64,000 nucleotides of DNA from Octopus sinensis (GCF_006345805.1 NC_043002.1:51212001-51276000); one strand, 5' to 3'; counted from the first letter of the stretch, positions 1 to 14,175 are shown. Numbers and translations are program-made. Notes: generated by a model from the letters alone, not told the origin.

Positions 1-14
1 GCGTTAGCAAAAAA

Positions 15-74
<60 letters not shown>

Positions 75-260
75 AGCTGGAAGTGGGAGTGATAACAATC
101 ATAATGCTCACGTTAATGGTGATAGCGGCGACCATGATGGTGGTATTGGTGGGAGTGGAGAGGGTGGTGGCGAGTGTCGTGTTTAAGATGGTGGTGGTGA
201 TGGTGGAGTGGTGGAGTGGTGGTGGTGGTGGTGGGTGTGGTGACGCTGGAAGGGTGGGTA
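15..260. repeat. (TAG)n microsatellite grading into GTG-rich low complexity
   Basis: Perfect tag repeats 15-72, then degenerate gtg/gatg runs; ORFs 71..313 and 113..517 are artefacts. Confidence 0.95.
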
Positions 261-374
261 GCAGGATACATAGGAAAATTGTATGTAATAATACAGCTAT
301 ATTTCAATTTTGATTTTGTCGTTTGATTCTCAGAACAATAAAATCCATTTGTTATGGCTTTTGACTTATAAATT

Positions 375-470
375 TGCGCATATGCATATATATATATGTG
401 TGTGTGTGTGTGTGGTGTGTGTGTGTGTGTGTGTTTGTATCTTATATGTATATATGAATGTATATGCACA

Positions 471-506
<36 letters not shown>

Positions 507-649
507 CGTATATACATATATACCTACACTATATATATATACATGTATATAAATACATACATATATATATACACACACACACATATATATATATATATAC
601 ACACACATATATATACGTACATGTGTTTGTATGTATGAATATATGAACG

Positions 650-680
<31 letters not shown>

Positions 681-770
681 ATATGTATAAATATATGTCC
701 ATACATATGTTTATATACTTATTTATATCTATTGAGATATTTATTTATTTATTTATTTATTTATGTAGTG
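375..770. repeat. Compound (TA)n/(TG)n/(CA)n/(ATTT)n microsatellite
   Basis: Direct inspection; representative of dozens of similar tracts in the window. Confidence 0.95.
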
Positions 771-1037
771 AATACGCATAAAATCACATCAATTTGTATG
801 TTACACAAGTATTAAATGACCGTAAGACTCACATATAGAAATAACCTCACGGTCAAACTGTATATGTCAACATTTATTACGTAATTTTACGTATTATGCG
901 TATGCGTATCTCATGGCTATAATGTGAGTAGTTACATAAGCTGGTTTTAATATAGATTTTATATATGTCTATCATACATGCCTCTTTACATTAACATGGA
1001 TGCTGAATCCTGATGTTTGTGTATATATATATATATA

Positions 1038-1076
<39 letters not shown>

Positions 1077-2951
1077 TCATATATATACTCATATATATAC
1101 ATATATATACATACATGCATACATAGTTATATATCTATGCATACGCATGTATAATTATATAGGTATTTTTAATTATAACAAAACAACGATCAATAAATTA
1201 GCATAGATGCCAATACGGTAAGCATAGTGTTAATTTTTTTTTTTTTTAATGTTGGCAGTGACTTCGAAATGTTGCTAATGCTGATTCGTCAGGTTGTGAT
1301 AGTATAAATGAAATTTACAGTGTAAATAGATGAGAAATAATCGAAGGTGTTGTGAATTATAAATTTAAAATGGCGTAAAATATTGCAGAAGCAGAAATGG
1401 CCAAGTTATTGTAGTAAAAAGAATATATGAAACACGAGGAGGAAAAAATGAAAAAAAAAAATGGAGACAATCCAAATAAGTAATCAGGTTTAGATTAATA
1501 ATTGCATGTATATATGCTTGTAGTGGATATTTAATGTCGGTATTATGAATGGATTATTTTGACGGCTGGAAAATATTCGGAAATTGATGGCCCTAAAATT
1601 TGAAATGTTAAACAAGGCAAGGTTTATGTGTAGATCACATATATTATACAATGCAGAAAATATAAGGTGTTATAAACTTGATGCGGACTGAAATATGCTC
1701 AAAGTGTATCAACAAGCTTTAATCATGCAATGAAAGCAGTATTAGTTTTGCGTTTGGAACCGACTTGCAGGTATTAATAAAGAATATTTTGATCATATAA
1801 AAAGTTGAAAAGGCTACAATTGTTTTTAAATAAATATCAACATCCTTCACTCTCTCTTTCTCTCTTTCTCTCTCTCTCTCTCTTTCTCTCTCACTCTCTC
1901 TCTCTCTCTCCTATTCTTTTCATCTATTACATCTTTCACACTCTTTTAAAATTTGATTCCTTCTGTTCCAAACTTGCAGCTTCCTACTACTTGCTGACTG
2001 CTTCATTTTTTCTTTCTTTTTTTTTTTCAATACATTATCATTTTAGTTCGCTTAGATAAAAATATCCTCTCCGCCTGCTGAAAAACTACATCCGAATACG
2101 TACTCGTTATGATTGTCCGTGTGCTCTCTCGCTCTAAGGTTGTTGCTTTTTTCTGTTCTGTCTCTCCCCCCCCCCCACATCAATTTCATTTGGCCATTAC
2201 CCGATGTCTGCTACCGCCATTGAAATATATGTTCTATTACTGCAGTTTGAAACTGTGAAATTCCTTAAGGAGAGAGCAGATAAGGGGCATTTTAAAAAAT
2301 ACATAATGGAGTATTTCAAATTTACGCAAAATCGTTTTGATTAAGCTACAAAGAAAGCTTTTACATATTTCAAGGAAGAAAAATCATTTTGCATTTTGAA
2401 TTTAACAATATTTAAATATTGAATAAAGACATTTTTTAAATATGGTTCAAAGAAACTTTTTTGTATAAGATAATTGAAAAAAAATATGTTGTTTTCTGTT
2501 GCATCAACTAATGTCTAAAAAACTTCATTCAGACGAAAGCAAGTTAATGCGTATTCCTTTTTACAAATCCATGTAAAAAGACAATACACAAGAAATAACC
2601 ACGAGAAAATTACAAGAAAATCGTAAAAGAAACTATCTAACTTAAAGTAAAATAGTTTAATTTAAAGGATAAATATGTTTAATTTCATGATTTTATTCCA
2701 CATTTTCAGTATGACGTCTTTATATATTTTTCCCATATCTGTAATGTCATACCTCAAGTTGTGTTGTTATCGTGTACAGATCATATTTTGCCAATTGATA
2801 CAGAAATATAAAATAGCGTTTAAATAAATTGGCCTTACCCGCCACACACACACACACACACACACGCACTCGCACACACACGCGCATACACGCACAAACG
2901 CACACACACAAACATATACACAAACATACATATATATATATATTATATATA

Positions 2952-3009
<58 letters not shown>

Positions 3010-3020
3010 ATATATATATA

Positions 3021-4890
3021 CTAAATTCAGATACTGTAGGGTATTTGAACACCACTTGCTATAATCATGGATGACGTGACACTTCTATCTACAGATAAAC
3101 AAATCATGCAAAGTGTCCTCTTGAGACTAGACCAACTTATGAGGTGGTCAAGGATGCGGTTTAGAGCAAAAAAGTCGCGTAGTCTGACACTTGTTAAGGG
3201 AGCGCAGAAAGAATTTAAGTTTCGAATAGCTGAAGAAAGTATTCCAACAGTCAAAGAAGAACCCGTCAAGAGCTTGGGGTGAGTATACGCTAGAACATTG
3301 TCAGATAGTCGCGGGGTGGAAATTGGGAAACAAGCCGAGGCTGGATTATCAGCGATTGATAGCAGGAAGTTAACAGGTAACTATAAAATTTGGTGCTTGC
3401 AGTTCGGCTTTGTACCCGTGACTTTCGTGGCCACTTTTAATATACGAGGTAGCCTTGTCACGAGTTCAAATCATGGAACAAAAATGTAATGTGTTAATTA
3501 GAAAGTGATTAGGCCTACCTTGGATGTTGAACAGTTCAGCTGTTTATCCTAAAAGAGATTCGTTGCAGTTACCACTAGCGTCAATAGTCGAAATATATAA
3601 ACTGGGGAAGGTACGAACGGTGATGATGCTGAGAGAATCGAATGACATGGAAATGAGGCGTAATCTACCAGAGGTGAAAACAGCCAGGAAGTGGAAAGCA
3701 AAAGCAGAGACTGATGACATCTTGTCTTTTCTTACATACAGATATGGTGGGTGAAACACAAAACCATCGGAAAGGACTTGGTTTTGGCGCACATCAGTTC
3801 AGACCGTCTGCAAGTATGATGCGGAGCGAACGCAGATCTGTTGTTAGCAACAGCTTCAAAACGAGAGAAGCAGAGTGAACAGAGTTTCATTTGATCCGAT
3901 ATTTTCAACTAGGACAGATGACGAGATGGGAAGAACATGTTGTTGAGAAGAGAATAAGTTGGGATGAGATATGAAGTGGACCACATCTCGGCTAAGTTTT
4001 CTGATTCGTTCATCCTATGATGTTTTGCCATCACCTACAAATCTAGTAAGATGGAACGTCTCAGAGAATGACATATGTAAATGCGGAAAGGCCGGACCAC
4101 TGAAACATATTCCTTCCAACTGTTCATTAGCATTGAACGAGTATACATGGAAACACAACCTGGTCCTTAAGGTTATCTTCAATGCTATAAAGAACCAAAT
4201 TCATCTCAACAATACTGAGAAAAAACCGTTGCAAGTACCAACTAGAGATTTCATTACCTTCGTGCGCTCAGGACAGCGGATCCGTATAAAGAGGAAGAAC
4301 AAGAAACCTCCAATGAGAGATTAAAAGTGGAACGGCTATTGGGAGGTGACTGCAGATTTACCAGGATGCCAAGGTCTCTTTCTCATCCCGGTTACGGAAA
4401 AACCGGACATTTTAATGCGGTGTGAAGTAAAGAAAGTTGTAAATCTAGTCGAGTTAATGGTTCCTCATGAAGATAACAGGGACGCCGCTCGGACTCGAAA
4501 GATTGGCCGTTGTGTAAACCTCTTAGAGGAATGTGAAGACGCAAGCTGGAAAGCGGAGCATTTTCCAATCGACGTCGGATGCAGAGGGTTTGTTGGACAC
4601 AGTGTGAGACGATTGTTGTTATCGTTAGGCCTAACTCATCGAAGAGGTAAATAATACCATGACCGATATCAAATATAAAGTGGAGAAGGCTAGCCACTGG
4701 ATTTGGTTAAAAAGATACGATGAGCGAAGGCTAGAGAAAAATTGAGCTATATTTAATAACCAGTTGATCTAGCAAGTGGGGCCTCATATCAGTGAGGGCG
4801 GCCGGTGTGCACTGATGCCGTCGAGAGGTAGACCCCCGAAACGGCGCGCATTCTCTCCTGATGACCCCATACACTTGCTAGCTTCCAGTA
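3021..4890 (+). mobile_element. 5'-truncated, frameshifted HERO-clade (restriction-like endonuclease) non-LTR retrotransposon
   Basis: RT motif MDDVTLL (3068) and WSRMRFRAKKSRSL; CCHC knuckle CKCGKAGPLKHIPSNC..Y.WKHN.VL (~4080); REL motif KPDIL..ELMVPHEDN..RK..FPIDVGCRGF (4400-4590); C-terminus ASHWIWLKR ending ~4745; GC-rich 3' UTR. Confidence 0.85.
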
Positions 4891-5167
4891 TGCGGAGTTC
4901 TCGACTGGTAGTACTTGCATGTGCAAGTTATTTGCAAAACATCAGATCCATCGCTTTAATAGCACTAAGAACTCACTCTTAAGATACATACGGGCAATGC
5001 AATGAACATAGGAAAAAAGGCTTACCTTGCGTGGATTACATAAGTATCTGAATTTAGCTTATGTTTTGCTTGTAAAGGTGTAAACTTGGTACCACCTTAT
5101 TATTATCGTTAATAATGGTAATAATATATCTCTATTTAAATGTATATCTATGTATGTATGTGTGTGT

Positions 5168-5490
5168 TATTCATTTACTTGTTTCAGTCATTTAACTGCG
5201 GCAATGCTGGAGCAAACAGTTTAGTAGAACAAGTCGACCCCAGGATTTATTCTTTATAAGACTAGTAATATTCTATAAGGCTCTTAGGGCGAAGCGCAAA
5301 GTTAAGGGGACGTAAGCACACCAACATCGCTGTCAAGCGATTGTGGGTGGACAAAAACAGACACACATATACATATATATGTATATATATATGTGTGTAT
5401 GTGTATGTGTGTGTGTGTATTCATATATATATTCATATATTATATCTACATAAATACATACATATATATATATATATATACACACACACA

Positions 5491-5535
<45 letters not shown>

Positions 5536-5695
5536 GCGACAGGCTTCCTTCAGATTCCGTCTACCAATTTCACTCACTTGGCTTTGGTCGGCCCGAGGCT
5601 ATAGCAGGAGAAACTTGTCCAAAGTGCTACAAAATGGGACTGGACTCGGAGCCATACAGTTGGGAAGCAAGCTTCTTACCACACACTTATACCTC
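5168..5695 (-). mobile_element. Full-length bipartite tRNA-derived SINE with internal (TA/TG)n microsatellite
   Basis: Head 5540-5695 (tRNA-like A/B boxes, CORE-like ttggacaagtttct), microsatellite 5366-5535, tail 5168-5365 matching tails at 8095, 19305, 39430, 41510. Confidence 0.75.
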
Positions 5696-5788
5696 TCATA
5701 TTTCCAAAGCAACTTTCCTAAAAGAAGTTAAATAATGTTGACTACGTATGTACTTTCACATGCTAAACAAAATGAATAATAACCGTTT

Positions 5789-6207
5789 CTTATTTCTTTA
5801 TTACCTACAAGGGGCTAAACATAGAGGGGACAAACAAGGATAGACAAAGGGATTAAGTCGATTACATCGATCCCAGTGCGTAACTGGTACTTATTTTATC
5901 GACCCCGAAAGGATGAAAGGCAAAGTTGACCTCGGCGGAATTTGAACTCAGAACATAACAGCAGACGAAATACCTATTTCTTTACTACCCACAAGGGGCT
6001 AAACACAGAGAGGACAAACAAGGACAGACAAACGGATTAAGTCGATTATATCGACCCCAGTGCGTAACTGGTACTTCATTAATCGACCCCGAAAGGATGA
6101 AAGGCAAAGTCGACCACGGCGGAATTTGAACTCAGAACGTAACGGCAGACGATATACCGCTAAGCATTTCGCCAGGCGTGCTAACGTTTCTGCCAGCTCA
6201 CCGCCTT
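5789..6207 (-). mobile_element. Tandem dimer of tRNA-derived SINE (Meta-domain-like)
   Basis: Two head-to-tail copies of gtcgatta(c/t)atcga(c/t)cccagtgcgtaactggtact..cgaaaggatgaaaggcaaag..ggcggaatttgaactcagaac; first copy truncated at gaaatacc. Confidence 0.85.
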
Positions 6208-6261
6208 TATATGTATATATATAACGGTTATTATATGTATAAATATAACGGTAATAATAAA

Positions 6262-6665
6262 CGTTTCTACTAAATGCACAGGGCCTGAAATTTGGGGGAA
6301 GGGGTTAAGTCGATTACATTAAACTCTGTACTGAACTGGTTCTTAATTTATCGATCCCGAAGGTATGAAATGCGAAATTTGAACTCAGAATGTGAAAAAC
6401 CTTAGCATTTTTGAGCTAACGATTCACCCACCTCACCGCCTTCAACGAAATGAATGGTAATGATAATGGTTTCAAATTTTTCCACAAGGGCAGCAATTTT
6501 GGGGAAAGGAATGAGTCGATTACATCGGCCCTAGTTTATAACTGGTACTTATTTTTATTGACCTCAAAAGGATGTAAGGTAAAGTCGACCTCAGCGGAAT
6601 TTGAATTGAAAACGTAGCGACGGGCAAAATACCGTTAAACGTTTCGACTCTGCCGGCTCGTCACT
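6262..6665 (-). mobile_element. Two older copies of the same Meta-like SINE (6262-6445, 6470-6665)
   Basis: Diverged matches to the 5975-6207 copy. Confidence 0.75.
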
Positions 6666-6695
6666 TTGAAATGAAGGATAATGATAGTAACGTAA

Positions 6696-7088
6696 TCTCT
6701 CTATATATAAAGCTGAAGTTGTCTGTGTGTGGCAGGTTTGGTAGCCTTCAACCAACACAATCTCCTCCGAGACCCTGCGGCGCAAGTTGACCAAAATTGA
6801 GAGTATGATAGAATAAGGCTTGCTCTTCCTTCCGTAGAAGAAAAAATTCAAATCGGACCATGTTTACACCAAAAATTATTTACATCTAAAAGGTGCTTTT
6901 TTTTCTATGAAAATCCCAATTTTTTACGATTTTTTGACTGCTGTGTCGCCATTTTTCGGTGTATCTCAACCAGAAAAATGCTCACTTAAAGAGAATAACA
7001 AGCTACATAATGCAAAATTTTTACTTTTCAGAAGTTTCAATTCTAAAGGGACGAAACAAACCCGAGCAACGCCGGGCGATACTGCTAG
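6696..7088 (+). mobile_element. Non-autonomous Helitron
   Basis: 5' TC(TCTCTATATATAAAG) after A6695; subterminal hairpin cccgagcaacgccggg 7061-7076; 3' CTAG 7085-7088 followed by T (A|T insertion, no TSD). Confidence 0.85.
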
Positions 7089-7917
7089 TATAAGTAAAAT
7101 GTGATACGATTTGGTGCGTGACTTTAAGTATGTCCAAGTAAAGAAAGCACTTACACAATAATTATAGACGCAAATTTATTCTGTGTTCATAAGTGTACAA
7201 GACAAACAGATCTTAGCACTACAGATTATCAAGCTGGTATATAATTCTCCTCCAACATACAGCCGTGATTCGGTACCAGCAGTAACTAAATGAGGATTTC
7301 AGATACGTCATTTGTATCATCACTGCTGAGGAGGACAGCTGGATTTTTGTCGTTTCATTCATCTTCAATCTATCAAACACATTATCTCGTTAGCCATATA
7401 TCTTGCTCTTTTGTCTTTATCTCCGTCATTATCAAATGCACAGAGTAGGTTGTCAGACAGATGTATAGGTTATTAACAAATATATGGCGCATATGCATAT
7501 ACATTCTTGTATGCATAAACACACTCCACACACACAACCACACACACACACATACACACACTCATACATATATATATATATATATACATATATATATGTA
7601 TATATGCATGTATGAATATATATATAAATTCATATTTATGTACATATATGTGTGTGTGTGTGGGGGTGTGTGTTTAGTCGTTGCATTCATTCCATTGTGT
7701 CTCTAATTTACACACCCATTAATTATAACATCTTCCGCTATCTTTTGATACACGCACAAACACCACACACACATGCACACACGTACACACACACATACAC
7801 ACGCAAACACTTACACGAACTCATAAATTCACACTCATACATACACATTTCGACAGTCAATATTAAATGGATATATTTACATACATATATATATACATAC
7901 ATACATACATATATATA

Positions 7918-7955
<38 letters not shown>

Positions 7956-8094
7956 CACATATATATATATATATCATCTCCAAACATTCTAATATAATAT
8001 ATATATACATATTTATACACACATATGTGTGAGTATATATATGTACGCATGTATATGTATATATATGCATGTATGTATGTATGCATTTATGTAT

Positions 8095-8294
8095 TTGTGT
8101 GTCTATGCTTATCCTCCAACCATCCTTGACATCGATGTTGGCGTATTTATGTCCCCGTAAATTAGCGGTTCGGCAAAAGTGACTGAGAAATTAAGTACTA
8201 GGCTTACAAAGAATAAGTCCTTGAGTCGATTCCTCAACTAAAGGTAGTGCTCCTGCATGGGCGCAGTTAAATGACTGAGACAAGTAAAAGAAGA

Positions 8295-8295
<1 letters not shown>
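8095..8295 (+). mobile_element. Tail module of the bipartite SINE embedded in microsatellite
   Basis: gtccccgtaaattagcggttcggcaaaag..ggcttacaaagaataagtcc..gcagttaaatgactgagacaagtaaaag. Confidence 0.8.
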
Positions 8296-8340
<45 letters not shown>

Positions 8341-8772
8341 CTCATTATATACTCTTTATACTCTTTATATGCACATAATATACACATACTCACGCGCACA
8401 TATATATATACACACCTACAGACATACATCATACATATACATTGTTGCATGCATACATATACATAAACGCGAACACACAAATATATGTATATATCTATAC
8501 ACACACACACCTATATATATACATACACATACATCATAAATATACATTGTTGCATATAGCAGACAAATATATATATATATACATATATGTACATACATTC
8601 TTGTATGTGTGTATCTGTGTATGCTTGTATCCGCGTACTCTACATAACAGAGTATATTTCAATATCCATTTTCCTGAATTTATGCATTAATCTCACCAGT
8701 TCTCTGTCCTGATGTACACATACTTTCATACATATATCAAAACCTATGTATGTTTGCATTTATATAGATATG

Positions 8773-8843
<71 letters not shown>

Positions 8844-10064
8844 ACTCACGCACACACTCACACACTCACACACTCACATATATATTAAATCTAATTTCAA
8901 ATTGTCAACTTCGCGTTTCGCATATTTTCTTCTCTTTATAATTAATTCTCATTCTTTATCATAACGCATATATTTGCCACATTCTCTTTGATACCACTGC
9001 ATATCTTTAGTGTCTTTCGATGACATATGCCCTATTATCATTCATATAATAAATTACCTTGCGTCCGTTAGGCGATAATCTGTTCAGATTATCCAAATAA
9101 TAACGTTTTAATAAGCCGTAGTAACTGAGGGCTGCACCCATAAATCTTACTGTGACTTCCTTTGAAATCTTGCACTAAATTATTTATCTAATCTAGCTAC
9201 TCCAGGCCTACGCACACACGTACGTGCATGCATATATACATGCATACATACACACATACATATAAATGTGTGCTTGTGTGTGTATGTGTGTGTGAATATA
9301 TATATGTATATGTATATATATACATACATATATATATATATATATGTATACATGCATACATATATATATATACATATATATACATGCATGTATATGTATA
9401 TATATACGTGTGTGTGTATGTGTGTGTGTGTGCACGCACGCACGCTTATCTTCCTTGTGGATTCGAAAACTCAGTTGCCGATTTTGAGGTATGGGGTAGC
9501 AAAAGATTGAGTAATCTTTCGGCTATCAAATAAAGTATGTCTTTTGCACAATCCTTTTTTACTACAAAAATAAGTTCGAATTAGGAAGGTGGAGTTCGCA
9601 CAATCTTTAGGTTTTTAGTTTAGAGATGCAGGTCTGTGTATGCTTTTGTACAATAATTTTAAAGAAATCTGGACATCTTTCTTACTGCTAACCATTCAAC
9701 TTCAAATTACAATTGTTAATTATTGGAAGTCCAGTAGACTGAGATGTACATATAGTGTTATCGTATAGAGTGGAAGTTCAATACAAATTTGGACATCATT
9801 ATCTTGTGGTTAGTAATCCAATTCCTTAAATTTGAAACCATTAAGTGTTTAAAAATTATTTCGCTGGGTTTAGTCTTTCGACTGTCCCCATGATGGGGTA
9901 TCACCTTCAAAAATTTAATTGATCATACTAACCTCAGTACATATTTCAATCTGGCATTTATTGTATCGATCTCTGTTTGATGAACTGCTAACTTTGAGAC
10001 AAAGTAGGACACAATACTCGATTTAACAACAAATGTAAACACACACATACACATATTAAGTGCA

Positions 10065-10210
10065 AGAATGACTGTGTAGTTGAGAGGTTTGCATCTCAAC
10101 CACATGGTTCCACCTTCAGTCCCTCTGCATGGTACCTTGGGCAAGTGTTTTCTACTATAGCCCTAGGTCAACCAGAGACTTGTGACTTAATTTGGTAGAC
10201 AGTAACAGTT
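10065..10210 (+). mobile_element. Head module of the bipartite SINE
   Basis: caaccacatggttcc..ttcagtccc..ccttgggcaagtgttttctactatagcc..tttggtagac. Confidence 0.75.
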
Positions 10211-10973
10211 TCGGTCTAACAATTTCGCTTACAATGCAACGATCGGCATGAGATTAATGTATATATTTACCCAATGTGTCGCGCAGTGGGAATAAACCCG
10301 TAACCATATGACTGCAATGCAAACTTCCAACCGAATAGCCATGCATGCATGTATGGATTTTTCTGTTTTCTTTTTTCTTTTTTTAGTTAGTTATTTGGCT
10401 TCAGACTACTCCTGATCGCGCTGACATTTGATGAAATACTTTCCATCTATAATCATCTGCTGTTTTGCTTTTCAGGCAATGTGCTTCTAAAACCACATTA
10501 GCTAATGACAACCGGATGTGATTGGTGGCCCATTTAATTGCTTTTTGTACAGACTGAGGTAACGTGTGGCAGTAATGTAAGAAAATTTTCTCTATGTTGT
10601 TCAAGTTATCGCCTTTTACACTGAGAAAGATGTCTTCCTCCATCAGTTCCAAAAATGAAAAGTAAAAGACACTGTTGCTTATCTAAGAAATACATGGAAG
10701 TTAGACGCAGAAACTGAATAGAGATCTAAAGGATCTAGAAGGAAACGAGATGTAGGGGTAATGTTTTTTTCTTTCTTTTTTTTTTTTCTTATTACCAAGA
10801 AGCCATCCTTGAGTAATCAGTTCTAATATGAAAGACATTCCATTGACTTTCTTTTAGAACTGTTTTATGCTCACAGGCGTATATAGCCGGGACGGTTGCG
10901 ACTGTTTTTAATATATTTAGGACCATTTTAGCTCAAGTAATTTTCCCTTTTAAGTATTTTGAAAAATCATTAC

Positions 10974-11091
10974 CATTTGTTTTCAGGAAATTTGGCTCCT
11001 CTTTCTAGCAATTTGAATAACTGCGTTGAAGATCCGACTGGCAAATGCTGGCCTTGAGGCATGCGGCTGCGTTGTGGAGAATGTGTTAGTG
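10974..11091 (-). CDS. Candidate internal exon of an unidentified host gene
   Basis: Acceptor tttcgctttacag|, donor AAATG|gtaatg; 118 nt open in one frame: (A)LTHSPQRSRMPQGQHLPVGSSTQLFKLLERGAKFPENK; unique sequence; no recognised homology. Confidence 0.3.
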
Positions 11092-12219
11092 CTGTAAAGC
11101 GAAATTTGAATAAGTATGATATTATAGAAGAGGAAAATATGAATAGATTCATGGTCTAAGGAAAGGGAAGAGAGTGAGAAAAGAAATGAGGAAAGAGGTG
11201 AAGCGGGAGAGAAGACGAAAGATAGTGACAGTAAGAGAGAGGTGGGGTGTGAGAGAGACGTAAAGAGCTGGGGAATTACATACATTAATATATAGAAGGA
11301 TACAGTAAGGAGAGGTAAAGCCAATAGATGTGTAGAATGACAAGGAAGAAAGCAAAGGTAAGATAATAAAGGTTAAAAAATGAAAAGAAAAGGGGAGATA
11401 AAGAGGACGAGAGAAGTGTATAGCAGAAATTTTGTAAAACCACACACACACACACATACAGACACACCCACACACACACATATAGATATAGGCATATGCA
11501 TAAATACAAACACACATACACAATACACACGCATACACATATGCATAGATATAGATATAAAAATAAAGTTAGTATATACAATTTATATATATATTTATAT
11601 ATACAATTTATGTATATACTTTTACATATATATGTGTGTATGTATGTATATATATATCTACATATACATAACTATATATATATATATACTTATGTATATG
11701 TATGTATATGTGTGTATATATATATATATATACACGATTGTATATATGTGCATGTGTGTGTATGTGTGTATGTGTATATATATATAGTTATACATATATT
11801 TAAGATAGTATTTTTTTGTGTGTGTATATATATATATATATATACATGCATACATCTACATTTATATATACTTGTGTGTGTTTGCGTCTGTGTGTGTGTG
11901 TGTGGTGTGTGTGTGTGTGTGTGTGCAACGCATGCAAATGCTGTGTTCTCAGCAATATCCTATGTATTTGAACGTCACCGCTCACCTCTGACTCGTTCTC
12001 AAGCAGCTAAGTCTAACGTATGTTTCCTTTTGATACGCCATTATTGTCTCCTTTATGCCTACAACAACCGACAACTCATCTTTTCCTATACAGAGCTACA
12101 TAGAAGCCTTTGATTGTTGACATTCCACTAAAATAAAGCGATAAAGTTGGTAAGGTTTTTCCAAAAGGGCATTAGAAATACTGTCCTTGGATTGAATGTA
12201 GGACGAAACTAGAACTTAC

Positions 12220-12305
12220 CAATTGGTGAAGATGAATGGAAATATCGAATCATGGATTAAAGATAGAAAGGTAATAAAATGAAGTATGGCTGTTGTAATA
12301 TCCAA
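12220..12305 (-). CDS. Candidate exon with possible start codon (ATG at 12253)
   Basis: Acceptor ttttctttctcatgatag|, donor AATTG|gtaagt; MIRYFHSSSPI ends in phase 1, matching the open frame of exon 10974-11091. Confidence 0.25.
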
Positions 12306-12638
12306 CTATCATGAGAAAGAAAATGTATTTCAACCTTCGTTAATGAGAATATATGAATAGTTTCTTGAGTTATCATCTGTATTCTGTTTAATGTCTCGGT
12401 CTTTACGTAAGCAGTATATGCGCCATGTGTATGTACGATATACGCACACACACATATATGTACAAATATACTTATGGCTATACGTATGTATATAAATACA
12501 CTTATACATATATATGTATTATATGTATGTAAGTATGCACGTATAAATACGTAATTATGTACACGTACATATACATGCGTAGATGTGCATATATATATAC
12601 ATCTATATTTATCTACCTCTCTTTCTCTCTATATATAT

Positions 12639-12692
<54 letters not shown>

Positions 12693-13351
12693 TATATATA
12701 TATAGGCATATATATATACACACACACATATATATATATATTATAATATATATAGGCATATTTACATACATACTTACATACATACAATACATCCATACAA
12801 ACATTGTACATTCCGATTTTTATGACTAAGGTATCAATCTACCGATTATATTTATATTGATGCTTTGTTTTTCGTAAGTCCGTCTCCTTCGGTTTCTTAA
12901 TTGTTACTTCATTATATAATCATAGAATAGAGAGTATAACGATTTTGATGAGATAGCTTTGGGAGAAATACTTCAATACTGCAATGTATCTGCTTGTTTG
13001 GCGCCCAAGTGTTTTGAATTCAAAAATTTTGGATCAAAGTGCTCATCTTTTTGAAGTATTATTTGCGATTTTCTTCAAGTGTTTCGTCAAGTTTCTAAGG
13101 ATAATGAGCGAATATGTCAGATGTCGATGACTGAATTATAGTTTAACAGATAGAAAGCTTGCAAGCCGAGAGTACATAGCTTGAACTAATGATTGTGCTA
13201 CATATCATTCCTTTGAAAAATTCCTATGTCAAAAAGAAAGCTGCTACTCCTGTATAGTAAAGCCTTGAAGAAATAGAAGCCAATAGGAATTGTAGAACGG
13301 ACACGCACCATACATACACCGCACACAGCGGCAATTATGCGTGCGTGTGCG

Positions 13352-13390
<39 letters not shown>

Positions 13391-13522
13391 ATGCATGTAT
13401 GTATGTATGTATGTATGTATGTATGTATGTATGTATGTATGTATGTATATATATACAAAACACACATACACAAACATACATGTATCTGCTAATTCATCAG
13501 AAGTGATACGTTATAGGATTCA

Positions 13523-13596
<74 letters not shown>

Positions 13597-13622
13597 GGGT
13601 AGATAGATAGATAGATAGATAC

Positions 13623-13680
<58 letters not shown>

Positions 13681-13724
13681 GGATAGATAGATAGATGGAA
13701 AGACAGATGGATAGATATATAGAT

Positions 13725-13769
<45 letters not shown>

Positions 13770-13825
13770 AAGATAGACATACATATATATATATATATTT
13801 ATACAGAGGGAGAGAGAGAGAAAAT

Positions 13826-13862
<37 letters not shown>
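13597..13862. repeat. (ATAG)n and (GA)n microsatellites
   Basis: Direct inspection. Confidence 0.95.
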
Positions 13863-13877
13863 GATATGGAAGTGAGT

Positions 13878-14175
13878 TCGGGTACGTGGTTTAATTGGTA
13901 AGGTATTCGAGTCATGATCTTAAAGTCGTGAGTCCTATTCCGTGCGGCACGTTTTTTTCTTTGAGCAAGACATATTATTTCGTTTTTGTTTCAGTTCACT
14001 CAGCCAGCTGAAATGAATTGTACATGTCATATTCCGAGTCATGCTGAATTTCACTGAGAACTACGGTAAGAGTACAGGTCTCTGTGGAGTGCTCAGCCAC
14101 TTGCACAGTAATCTTACGAGCATGTAGTTCTTTTGACCGGATTAATTGGAACAATCACCGTCGTAACCGACTCTA
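13878..14175 (+). mobile_element. Old CORE-like tRNA SINE (same family as 33071)
   Basis: cttgagcaagaca..cactcagc..gagaactacggtaag..ctgtggagtgctcagccacttgcac..gtcgtaaccgac. Confidence 0.75.

Noticed and set aside
4820-4870. Hammerhead in the HERO 3' UTR (CTGATG.., CGAAAC, CTGATGA)
   Set aside because: First box is CTGATGC; for the second, the stem II strands (cccc and cccc) cannot pair.
5789-6665. Regularly recurring repeats suggestive of a CRISPR array
   Set aside because: Eukaryotic context, ~200-bp SINE units, no unique spacers or cas genes.
9923-10010. Extra minus-strand exon candidates (GAG|gttagt near 9933; CAAG|gtaagc near 5027)
   Set aside because: Acceptors are ambiguous or weak and several frames are possible; cannot be distinguished from chance.
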